Origin: an uncultured archaeon
GTDB taxonomy: Archaea; Asgardarchaeota; Hermodarchaeia; Hermodarchaeales; Hermodarchaeaceae
Direction of reading: 5' to 3'
DNA: 64,000 bases
Assembly: GCA_964347045.1 (NCBI GenBank)
Contig: CAYFXC010000004.1
Location: 1 to 64,000, forward strand
Position 1 is the first letter of the stretch, and every line of letters starts with the position of its first letter. The notes below the pieces were generated by a model. The model was not told the DNA's origin. It did no database searches and saw nothing but the letters and a program-made list of their open reading frames with translations. Of this stretch, positions 1 through 8,330 are shown piece after piece. A program made the translations under genes and the position numbers.

Positions 1-1
1 A

Positions 2-73
2 ATGGATACACGAACGGGAACAAAAGTACAGTCATTTTACAGTGACCTTGTGACCAAATTAATGGAGAAGTAA
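2..73 (+). CDS. Probable 3' end of an upstream CDS (…TGTKVQSFYSDLVTKLMEK*), truncated by window edge
   Basis: Open frame from 2 to TAA 71-73, ending 4 nt before the next ATG (78); product unidentifiable. Confidence 0.35.
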   Translation: MDTRTGTKVQSFYSDLVTKLMEK

Positions 74-77
74 AAAA

Positions 78-503
78 ATGACAAATGAACAACTAATTGA
101 ACTGCTAGAAACTCAGCTAACCTTAGAAAAGGAATCAGCACGAGCGCTTCGAAAAGAAATGAAAGACATCGATCATATTGGCATTAAAATCCTCTTCGAA
201 ATCTGTGCTGCAGATTCGACCAAACATGCTAGCATGGTCCAAATGTTAATCGACTCACTGAAGAAAAGTGAAGTTTCACGAAAAGACCCTGAAGAAAAAA
301 CCTATTTGAGCACATGGAAGCAACGTAACCAAGCACTTGAAGCAATAAAGCATCATATCAATCGCGAAGCCAAAATGATTGAACTCATTAAAGATGAAAT
401 TTTACAAACTGATGATAAAATCATAAAGGCTATCCTCAAACATATCGTTGCAGACGAAGAAAGACATCATAAGATACTCAAAGAGGAAATCTGGGAGCTA
501 TAA
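78..503 (+). CDS. Ferritin-like (rubrerythrin-type four-helix bundle) protein
   Basis: E…DSTKH and E…DEERHH diiron-type motifs in a twofold repeated helical pattern. Confidence 0.8.
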   Translation: MTNEQLIELLETQLTLEKESARALRKEMKDIDHIGIKILFEICAADSTKHASMVQMLIDSLKKSEVSRKDPEEKTYLSTWKQRNQALEAIKHHINREAKMIELIKDEILQTDDKIIKAILKHIVADEERHHKILKEEIWEL

Positions 504-583
504 AATGATTCTATACCAAGAGGAGAAGTCTTTTTTATAGGAGAATCCCACTTCCGTGTTATCAAATCCACGGTGTGAATACC

Positions 584-1006
584 ATGTCTGAAGGCCCCCA
601 CAAGGAATTACTAGAAATGATTGCAAGAGCAATCAAGGTTGAAAAAAAGGCAGTAGAGCTCTACAAAAAAACGGCAAATACGGTTAACAACGCCGCTGTC
701 AAACTTTTGATTGATGAGCTAGGCATGGATTCTGGTAAGCATGCAAAAATGTATCAAACCATTGAACGCGTGTTAAAAGAACAACCCTACTCATTCAAAG
801 ATTTTCATGAAGAAAGATGGACAGATAAACTCGTTGCGAAACGTGACCTTTCACAGCATATCGAAGTTGAAAAAAGAATGATCGAAATCCTAAATGAACA
901 GCTCAAGTTCGTCAAGCAGCCAACTGTGAAAGTCATCCTTGAACATATTCTCGAAGACGAAAAGCGCCATCACAAGATTCTCATGCAAGTTATCGGTGAG
1001 GTCTAA
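584..1006 (+). CDS. Ferritin-like (rubrerythrin-type) protein, paralog of 78..503
   Basis: AIKVE…DSGKH…HIEVE…DEKRHH; ATG 584 preferred over GTG 575. Confidence 0.85.
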   Translation: MSEGPHKELLEMIARAIKVEKKAVELYKKTANTVNNAAVKLLIDELGMDSGKHAKMYQTIERVLKEQPYSFKDFHEERWTDKLVAKRDLSQHIEVEKRMIEILNEQLKFVKQPTVKVILEHILEDEKRHHKILMQVIGEV

Positions 1007-1069
1007 TCTAACTGAATTAGAACCTTCTGACGAATAGAAGGAGCAGCTATCCTTTTAGCCAATCTACTT

Positions 1070-2053
1070 ATGTATTTGACTAGCCAAAAAACAGGTTTCA
1101 TGGATATTCGAATTCAGTCTTGGGCGGAAGTTAATCCAGAAGATATTGCTCGATTTACATTTCAAATCAGACACCAAGAAGGGCTAATAACCGAAAATAC
1201 AACGATTGATACCTATCTGACTGCGGTCGATTGGTGGATTACCCAATCAAGCAGCACCCCCATCATCGCATATATTGATGATCAGATGGTCGGGTGGCTT
1301 GTGTTTTTCTCATTTGTTTCAAAGATAGCCACGATTGGACGGTGGCACCCGATTGTGGCACCCGGACCCCAACAAGAGAAGATAGCGCAGCAACTTCTCA
1401 AAGCCAGTATAAGTCATGCAAAAGAACAAAAATTTGAGCGTTTAGAGGCTGAGTTAACCGGTATCACATCCGAAAATGAATCGTCGTATAAGAAATACGA
1501 GAAATGGTATCATACCCAAGGATTTCACATTGCCGCAGAAGAATCCCGATTGGAAAAAGACCTAACGCAAGAGCCGCTACCTAAACCGACATTTCCTCCA
1601 AAATTCCAACTCCAACCACTAAGCCATTTTACTAATCAAGCTCTTGAAGGTCCGTTCTTCAATATGTTTAATAATAGCAAAGATCGGTTCTGGTTGGACC
1701 AAACACAAGAACAACGAAAAGAGAGTTTTAATTTTTGGTTTGATCGGAAAAGAGCCTTCGTAGAGGAAGCCACGGGAGTTCTTTTGAAAGGAGACGAGAT
1801 AATTGGACTTACCGTTGTCCGCCCCATTCAAGATATTGGAATGCTGGGGCCAATTGCAATTCTCCCAGAGTACCGACGGAGAGGGTTAGGCCGAGCTTTA
1901 CTGGCATATAGTTTTCAGGGCACCTTAAAAAGCGGGATTCCAACAATGCAACTTGAGTTTGACGTCACAAATGAGCCAGCACATAGACTGTATCAGGAGT
2001 TGGGATTTCATCATGTGCATCAGCTCGTGATTTTTGCGCATGTGTTGAAATGA
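1070..2053 (+). CDS. Tandem-domain GNAT N-acetyltransferase
   Basis: C-terminal acetyl-CoA motif PEYRRRGLGRALL and NEPAHRLYQELGF; degenerate N-terminal GNAT (WYHTQGF). Confidence 0.85.
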   Translation: MYLTSQKTGFMDIRIQSWAEVNPEDIARFTFQIRHQEGLITENTTIDTYLTAVDWWITQSSSTPIIAYIDDQMVGWLVFFSFVSKIATIGRWHPIVAPGPQQEKIAQQLLKASISHAKEQKFERLEAELTGITSENESSYKKYEKWYHTQGFHIAAEESRLEKDLTQEPLPKPTFPPKFQLQPLSHFTNQALEGPFFNMFNNSKDRFWLDQTQEQRKESFNFWFDRKRAFVEEATGVLLKGDEIIGLTVVRPIQDIGMLGPIAILPEYRRRGLGRALLAYSFQGTLKSGIPTMQLEFDVTNEPAHRLYQELGFHHVHQLVIFAHVLK

Positions 2054-2144
2054 TTCGATTACAAAAAATTTACTGGTTTTCCGTTTAAACTTAAATTTAC
2101 GGAAAAACAGTTAATTTTATAGGGGGGAACACCACATTCATACA

Positions 2145-3299
2145 ATGGAGACACCAGCTTTGTCACCACCGTCGACCTTGTCGCCAAATCGTTTAATTCC
2201 TTCCAATCGTCCTATCTTAGGTGCAGAAGAAATAGCAGCGGTAAAAGAAGTACTGGAAACGGGAATGCTTACACATAAATCGGGAGCAGGCACTTTTACG
2301 CTTCGCTTTGAGGAAGCCTTTGCGAAGTTTATTGGTGTCAAACATGCGATTGCAGTAAATTCTGGAACCGCTGCTCTTCATGCTGCATTATTAGCTTTTG
2401 ACATCAAGCACGGCGATGAGGTGATTGCACCCCCTTTTAGTTTCATAGCCGCAACGAATATGGTACTGTTGAATGGTGCAAAAGTAGTATTTGCTGATAT
2501 TTCACCAGACACATTCAACTTGGATCCAGAAAAAGTAGAAGCGGCAATTACGTCAAATACAAAAGCCATTATGCCTGTCCATTTGTATGGCCACCCTGCC
2601 GACATGAATCTATTAATGGAACTGGCAAAGAAACACGATATTGCAGTTATTGAAGACGCATGCCAAGCTCATGGGTCAAAGTATCGTGGTCGCGATGTAG
2701 GTACTATTGGAGATGTAGGGTGTTTTAGCCTATATCCAAGCAAAATAATTACAACTGGTGAAGGCGGATTATTGACAACCAATGACGAGGAGCTTGCGGA
2801 GCGTTTAAAACAAATTCGAACCCATGGGGAAATTCGCCCCTATGAATACGTGCAGCTAGGACACAATTACCGAATGCCTGAACTTCAATCAGCCATTGGC
2901 CAAGCACAGGTCAAACGCCTCCCAGAATTCCTACACCAACGCAAGACTAACGCGGCGTATTTGACGAAACATCTCCGTGATATAGAAGGCATAGTGTTAC
3001 CAACACAGGCGTCGTGGGCAATTCATAACTGGTATTTATATACAATCCGAATTTCTCCTCCACGAAATCGAGATAAAATTCAAAGAACTTTACATAGGGC
3101 AAAAATTGATGCCGCCATCTATTACGAGATACCTCTCCATCTTACTCCGATTTATCGTCAACTCTTTCAATATAAGGAAGGGCTGATGCCTGTTTCTGAG
3201 CAAGCAGCGAAGGAAGTTTTATCCCTTCCGGTTCATCCTGCCCTCACCAAGGAAGAGCTAGAATGGATTGTGCAGCAGAGCCGTCAAGCCCTCGCGTAA
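2145..3299 (+). CDS. DegT/DnrJ/EryC1/StrS PLP-dependent sugar aminotransferase
   Basis: NSGTAAL, PVHLYG, EDACQAHG, SLYPSKIITTGEGG (PLP lysine). Confidence 0.95.
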   Translation: METPALSPPSTLSPNRLIPSNRPILGAEEIAAVKEVLETGMLTHKSGAGTFTLRFEEAFAKFIGVKHAIAVNSGTAALHAALLAFDIKHGDEVIAPPFSFIAATNMVLLNGAKVVFADISPDTFNLDPEKVEAAITSNTKAIMPVHLYGHPADMNLLMELAKKHDIAVIEDACQAHGSKYRGRDVGTIGDVGCFSLYPSKIITTGEGGLLTTNDEELAERLKQIRTHGEIRPYEYVQLGHNYRMPELQSAIGQAQVKRLPEFLHQRKTNAAYLTKHLRDIEGIVLPTQASWAIHNWYLYTIRISPPRNRDKIQRTLHRAKIDAAIYYEIPLHLTPIYRQLFQYKEGLMPVSEQAAKEVLSLPVHPALTKEELEWIVQQSRQALA

Positions 3300-3351
3300 C
3301 TAGGCTATTCCGATGATAGCCAGGCCCGGAATAGCCAGTTGCGCAGGGCTT
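3286..3351. terminator. Long GC-rich inverted repeat between convergent genes (probable bidirectional terminator or stability hairpin)
   Basis: aagccct/agggctt, gcgtaact/agttgcgc (one G-U), ggctattccg/cggaatagcc perfect 10 bp. Confidence 0.55.
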
Positions 3352-3363
3352 CGGTCTGATATT

Positions 3364-3948
3364 CTAGACCTGGTAATCGATAAGCTCTTGGAGTTTTTCC
3401 TCTATCTCCTGGGCTAAAGGATGATTAGGTTCTTTCACCAGAAGTTGTTGTGCCCGCTCAAGACAATTGATAGCATCAAGAGTGAAGCCAGTTTCTCGAT
3501 GAAGAATGGTAGCATTCTTGAATAAGAGTTCAATAGCAAGAGATACATCTTCTAAGCTGATGGAAAGATCAATGGCTTTTTCCACTGCTTGAGTAATTAA
3601 AATCCAAAGATCTTGGTTTTTTTCGCGAACCATAAAAAACGAGTTCGCAGCAGAAAGATAAGAACTGCGAGCATCTTCAGTCCGCCCAATTAAAGCTTCA
3701 AGCTCTGCTAACCGAAAATAACTATTTCCCGCCTGAAATGGGGCATCAGTTGCAGTAAAACCAGCGGCAGCATGGCCCCATAGTTGAAGAAGTTGATCAG
3801 TTTTCTCAGCTCTTTCAAGTTTAGCTGCTGCGCTTTCAAACTCCATTAGAGCTCGTTGGCGCTGACCCTCTCGAATAAATTCCTCGGCATTTTCGAGGTG
3901 TTCTTCAATAGCTCGACGAAGTTGTTCCTCTTCGTTCATCGTAATCAC
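3364..3948 (-). CDS. Alpha-SNAP (NSF attachment protein)-like TPR-type helical repeat protein
   Basis: AAAGF-x8-AGNSY…AEL…DA…AANSF and DAINCLERA follow the SNAP helical-hairpin pattern; likely start ATG 3939. Confidence 0.6.
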   Translation of the reverse strand: MITMNEEEQLRRAIEEHLENAEEFIREGQRQRALMEFESAAAKLERAEKTDQLLQLWGHAAAGFTATDAPFQAGNSYFRLAELEALIGRTEDARSSYLSAANSFFMVREKNQDLWILITQAVEKAIDLSISLEDVSLAIELLFKNATILHRETGFTLDAINCLERAQQLLVKEPNHPLAQEIEEKLQELIDYQV

Positions 3949-4052
3949 CCTTTAGAATACTTTGTAAAATGGTATCTTTACAATTTGATAAGGGAATAGA
4001 CGCAACTATCAAATAAAAGAAGAGGGGAGGTCTGCATAAGAGAACAAAAGAA

Positions 4053-5162
4053 TTGTTGGAACGAACGCCAATGACACGAATTTGGATTGATCCTTTAACC
4101 CCAAAACAGGCTCTTTTCTGTAGTAAGATCGGAAACCGATTTGAAGCCGCGGGTTTCGAAGTCATATATACAACTCGCGAATATTCACAGGTTACAGGAA
4201 AACTTAATCTCCTAGAGATCTCTGCACAGATCATAGGAAAACATGGAGGAGCAGGACTGTACGAGAAGCTCCTAGCAAGTGCCGAAAGAGTAGTCGAACT
4301 TGCTAAATATGTCAAATCCATCAACGCAGAACTGGCATTTAGCTTTGCCTCTCCAGAAGGCGCTCGAGTAGCCTATGGATTAGGAATTCCCTATTTCACC
4401 GCAAATGATTCACCCCATTCACGATTTGTAGCCCAGCTTACCATTCCCTTTGCAATTACACTATTCACACCATGGATAATGGAAGAAGCATGGTTGGAGT
4501 TAGGCATTCCCAAACATAAAATAATATCATATCATGGGCTAGATCCAGTTGCATGGCTACACGATTTCAAACCAGATCCTCAAGCTTTGAATAAATTAGG
4601 ATTAGATGCAAATTCTGAGTTTGTCGTCATACGACCAGAGGAGGCACAAGCTTCGTATTTACATGGGCAAACAGATGAAATAAGTCCGGTCACAAATCCT
4701 GTAATCAAGGCTATTGAAAAGGAGCACTCTGATCTTCAGATAGTCGTTTTGTGTCGCTACCCAGAGCAACGGAGAGCGATCCAAGACCGCTTTGGAGACA
4801 AAATTATTCTTCCTGAAACCGTTGTCGACGCCACAAGCCTACTTTCTTCTGCACAACTGCTTGTAGGCGCCGGTGGAACAATGAATCAAGAAGCAGCTCT
4901 CCTTGGCACCCCGGTCATCTCTTGTTTTCCCGGAAACCATTTAATCACCGACCGATACCTTGCGAAAAAAACACTTCTTTACCGATTAGTGGACCCCGTA
5001 GAAGCCGCCCAAAAAGCGGTGGAGATTCTCCAAAACCGGAAACAATATTTGTCAGAACACAATGAAAGAGCACAAAAACTAATGGAACAAATGGAAAATC
5101 CAGCGGAAATTATCTTCTCCAAAATTCTAGCGTATTACAAAGAGAAATTGGAAAAAAGATGA
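4053..5162 (+). CDS. DUF354 family GT-B fold protein (putative glycosyltransferase)
   Basis: IWIDPLTPKQ, IGKHGG, VIRPEE…ASY, GAGGTMNQEAALLGTP. Confidence 0.85.
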   Translation: MLERTPMTRIWIDPLTPKQALFCSKIGNRFEAAGFEVIYTTREYSQVTGKLNLLEISAQIIGKHGGAGLYEKLLASAERVVELAKYVKSINAELAFSFASPEGARVAYGLGIPYFTANDSPHSRFVAQLTIPFAITLFTPWIMEEAWLELGIPKHKIISYHGLDPVAWLHDFKPDPQALNKLGLDANSEFVVIRPEEAQASYLHGQTDEISPVTNPVIKAIEKEHSDLQIVVLCRYPEQRRAIQDRFGDKIILPETVVDATSLLSSAQLLVGAGGTMNQEAALLGTPVISCFPGNHLITDRYLAKKTLLYRLVDPVEAAQKAVEILQNRKQYLSEHNERAQKLMEQMENPAEIIFSKILAYYKEKLEKR

Positions 5163-5230
5163 ACTCATAACAAGACAGAAGGAATTTAAAAATAACCTTC
5201 CAAAACAATTGACGAGGATTTTGTATAAGA

Positions 5231-6097
5231 ATGAACCGCCAACAACTTTGCACAGTAACACTAGTCATTGCTTTGATATTCGCATGGAACGTCTATAGCT
5301 CATCTAATTCTCTTGTATTTGCCTATTCACCCATCATTGACCACCACTCAATTTACAACTATGGATTCATTAATGTGCTCAATAATCAGACTGCCGCAGA
5401 AATCGACTATTGGACCAACCTAATACTTCCTGAAAGCAACTACACTATGAACTGGCATCAATTAGTAAATTTATCAATTCGTGTCGCTCACCTGGTTCCC
5501 ATTGGTCCTATCATCCAAGCATATTACAATTTCTCGGTTACTATCTTTAGGAACGTTGTTACAGTATTTAATAATACATGGCAAACAATTGTTTCGTTTA
5601 ATGGATCTGTTCCAGCTCCTGCCCCAACAGGTATTAGCTCGGGCCTTGTTGATTATCCAATTACTGAAGGACTTCCAGGTTTCTTTCTAGATGTTGGTAC
5701 GCTCAGCGTAATTACTACAGGTTCGAATGTAATAATTGGAGAAAGTCTTTGGCAAATGGTGTCTCACACAACGATTACATTAGGGAGTAGTCCGCAACTT
5801 TGCTATCAACTTTTTAACAGTAGTTCAAGCTCAAATCAGCAAATTACGACTACATATATTATCGACCAAGATGTAGGAATCTATTACCAAGCTAATGAAA
5901 CTACCGTAGTTACAGTAGGTTCTACTGACACTTCAATAACTTACTATTATCAAGTCTTGACGACGAATATCTCATTAATTCCCCCACCCAGCCCATTACC
6001 AATATTCATTATAGTGGCAACAGTTATAGTAGTCGTAGTTGGTGTAGCCGTCTTGCTGCTCCGCAGGCTCTGGTTACATCGAAAACAAGACTCCTAA
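5231..6097 (+). CDS. Secreted, C-terminally anchored surface (glyco)protein
   Basis: N-terminal hydrophobic signal, many N-x-S/T sequons, Pro-rich linker, TM helix and basic tail. Confidence 0.7.
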   Translation: MNRQQLCTVTLVIALIFAWNVYSSSNSLVFAYSPIIDHHSIYNYGFINVLNNQTAAEIDYWTNLILPESNYTMNWHQLVNLSIRVAHLVPIGPIIQAYYNFSVTIFRNVVTVFNNTWQTIVSFNGSVPAPAPTGISSGLVDYPITEGLPGFFLDVGTLSVITTGSNVIIGESLWQMVSHTTITLGSSPQLCYQLFNSSSSSNQQITTTYIIDQDVGIYYQANETTVVTVGSTDTSITYYYQVLTTNISLIPPPSPLPIFIIVATVIVVVVGVAVLLLRRLWLHRKQDS

Positions 6098-6345
6098 AAA
6101 ATCTCGGATTTCCATTGCTACCATCCTACTAGGCACTCTGCTAGCTGTGACCCATGTTTTCTTGGTAAGAAAGAAAACACGATAACAATCAATTGCGTGG
6201 AAAGATTGGTTTTCCTAATTTTGTTATTTCCAGTTTTTTAACCTAGAAAATGCCCATTGGGCGGAAGCTATTAATTCCCGTTTTGGAATACCAAGTAAAT
6301 GCCTGTTGCTGGCTTACGTGGTAGAAAGGTATCTGTTGAAGAAAA

Positions 6346-7398
6346 ATGATTCACCAACTGTATCATTTTCACAAAAATGGACTAGTGTTAACGTCAGTGG
6401 GATTTGGTTCTATGGAAGTGGATGTTAGCCCTGAACTAGTCTCGGGATTTCTTTCAGCATTGCGTATGTTTGGGCAGGACCTCCTTGCCGATGATGTCAC
6501 CACTATTGAAACAGGTAATTTCCAATTTGTTTGGGATTTTGCAGATCCAGTTCTCAGTGTTGCACTTGCTGATCGAGAAGATGATGATGTTTCAATAATG
6601 GCAGTTTTAAAAACCCTAAACGCTTTGTTCCTTGACCGATATCAAAAAGAACTCAGCCTCTGGACAGGAGAAATCGCCCCCTTTCGAAATTTCGATCCTG
6701 TTGCCCGAGAGGTCGTACAAGATTATCTGCCAACCTTTGAAAAACCTCTGGAAACAACAGAACTGCGTCCTGCAATAATTCGACTTTGGCGACGATTCGG
6801 ACCAGGTCTGGATATACTCCTATATGGTCTTCTTCGGGGTGCACCAATCCTTACAGTAGGACGAAAATCAAGAAATCAATCGGTTATCCAAGCACTTCAA
6901 ACACTGCGCCGTAGACGAATCCCAGTCATGCACTTTAACGATGCAGGAGCAGCTCTCCAAGTCCTACAAGACCGCCCAGCCAACATGTCCTTCATTCTTA
7001 GCCTCCCCAATCGGGCTTATGAAGAAACTTTCGCCGATTCAGCGAATCAGGGACTTCTTTACATTTGTTTGCTTGTTGAAGAGCATATCGTGTTACCTGT
7101 TGGATTTGAAACCAAACCTCTGAATATCGCTGAAGCTGTTGCCCATGCCGAAAAAGTTCTGGGTGAAAGTGGTGTTGAACTTCGCAATGTCGCTGAAAGA
7201 GCTTTTCTTACAGTGCGAGATCGCATAGATGATGTTGCTAATCTCCTTGCAAACTCGGAAAACCTTCCTGTCGATGAAGCTTCGAAGCTCTTACGATTAT
7301 CGAAAAGCGATTATGCGATTTTTAAAGAATTAGCTGTTGAAGGGGGATATGTGCGTCGTGCCAGAAAAAGAGGCGAACAACAACAAAAACCGGCTTGA
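6346..7398 (+). CDS. Longin-domain protein with DENN-like middle domain and C-terminal wHTH-like segment
   Basis: N-terminus LYHFHKNGLVL…ELVSGFLSALRMF…LFLDRY…W.GE..PFRNF is a typical Asgard longin; aa ~145-185 resemble the start of a cDENN domain. Confidence 0.7.
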   Translation: MIHQLYHFHKNGLVLTSVGFGSMEVDVSPELVSGFLSALRMFGQDLLADDVTTIETGNFQFVWDFADPVLSVALADREDDDVSIMAVLKTLNALFLDRYQKELSLWTGEIAPFRNFDPVAREVVQDYLPTFEKPLETTELRPAIIRLWRRFGPGLDILLYGLLRGAPILTVGRKSRNQSVIQALQTLRRRRIPVMHFNDAGAALQVLQDRPANMSFILSLPNRAYEETFADSANQGLLYICLLVEEHIVLPVGFETKPLNIAEAVAHAEKVLGESGVELRNVAERAFLTVRDRIDDVANLLANSENLPVDEASKLLRLSKSDYAIFKELAVEGGYVRRARKRGEQQQKPA

Positions 7399-7420
7399 AG
7401 AAGATCTTCTCGTCTTTGAA

Positions 7421-7891
7421 ATGATTCACGCCCTTCCAAAGCACTATTTCGACTTGATGAACAAGGGAAGTGAATTAGCGAAGCACGGTAAATTTTTAGA
7501 AGCCGCACAACGTTTTGAGGAAGCACGAAAAGAAGTAGGAAAGATTATTCAGCAACTCCTCGAAATGCCAAAAGATCCCACCTCGCAAATGTGGCAATTT
7601 TTTGGTATACTATGGGCCTTTAAACTCATCAAAAGTGCGTTCTACTGGTTCCTAGCGAAAAGTGAAACAGTTGAAACGGCAAAACAACGTAAAGAGTTAC
7701 TGATGGCGGCTGTGGGAGCACAACAGATCGGAGCTGATTTAATTCCAGCCTTCGAAACCCTGAACGAAAGTTTCAAGGGTGAAGACCGTGAGCTTCTACC
7801 GATGCTTGGGGAAGCAATTCGAAACTTCGAAGAACGACAACGGGTTTTAGATAAAGCCCTAGAAGAACAAGGCCTGGATTTTCAAATATAG
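7421..7891 (+). CDS. Hypothetical all-helical protein (N-terminal TPR/MIT-like helix pair)
   Basis: KGSELAKHGKFLEAAQRFEEA; ATG 7421 avoids overlap with the upstream gene. Confidence 0.55.
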   Translation: MIHALPKHYFDLMNKGSELAKHGKFLEAAQRFEEARKEVGKIIQQLLEMPKDPTSQMWQFFGILWAFKLIKSAFYWFLAKSETVETAKQRKELLMAAVGAQQIGADLIPAFETLNESFKGEDRELLPMLGEAIRNFEERQRVLDKALEEQGLDFQI

Positions 7892-7945
7892 AATGACTTA
7901 TTTCTTGGAAAAAAGCCGATTTATATAGTTTATAAGGCAAAATAA

Positions 7946-7978
7946 GGCGACAGAAACCTTTTTAAAGAAAAAGTCGCC
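7946..7978 (+). promoter_or_regulatory. BRE/TATA promoter of the histone gene, flanked by inverted repeat ggcgac…gtcgcc
   Basis: gaaacc-tttttaaa (TATA 7959-7966) enclosed by a 6 bp inverted repeat. Confidence 0.45.
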
Positions 7979-8055
7979 AGACCTCTTTTTAGCGGCATTT
8001 CTTCTCTTAATCTAATAGGAGGAGAAGTCGTTTCTTCAAGTTGGAGGAAATAAAA

Positions 8056-8232
8056 ATGGCTGTTGATAAAATCGTCAAGAAAGCCGTAGCTGCAAAAGCC
8101 CACAAGATGGGATTCAATGTCTCAGGTGATGCCTACCAAGCCGTCGATGATCTCGTCGAACAAATTATCACCAAGGCAACTCATCGGGCTAAAGCCAATA
8201 AGCGAAAAACTTTGATGGCTTATGACTTTTAG
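8056..8232 (+). CDS. Histone-fold protein with truncated alpha3 helix (58 aa)
   Basis: NVSGDA…RAKANKRKTL..YDF (RKT-x4-D motif, then stop); GGAGG RBS at 8043-8047. Confidence 0.85.
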   Translation: MAVDKIVKKAVAAKAHKMGFNVSGDAYQAVDDLVEQIITKATHRAKANKRKTLMAYDF

Positions 8233-8268
8233 TTAATTAAAACATTTGTTAACTAAACGCAATGGACT

Positions 8269-8323
8269 GGGACAGTTCCGTCGGCGAGTTTGTTGCGGGG
8301 GATTGTCCTCTTCTCCTTTTTTT
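8269..8323 (+). terminator. Stem-loop plus T-tract after the histone gene
   Basis: gggacagtt…gattgtcct stem followed by tcttctccttttttt. Confidence 0.55.
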
Positions 8324-8330
8324 CGCATCC

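Noticed and set aside
3311-3332. AUGA…GA inside the hairpin as a possible eukaryote-like SECIS (some Asgards use selenocysteine)
   Set aside because: Spacing is too short for SECIS helix II and no neighbouring gene has an in-frame TGA at a Cys-like position
8269-8309. Metazoan-type histone 3' stem-loop
   Set aside because: Size and sequence do not fit the 6 bp stem / 4 nt loop consensus; an ordinary terminator is sufficient
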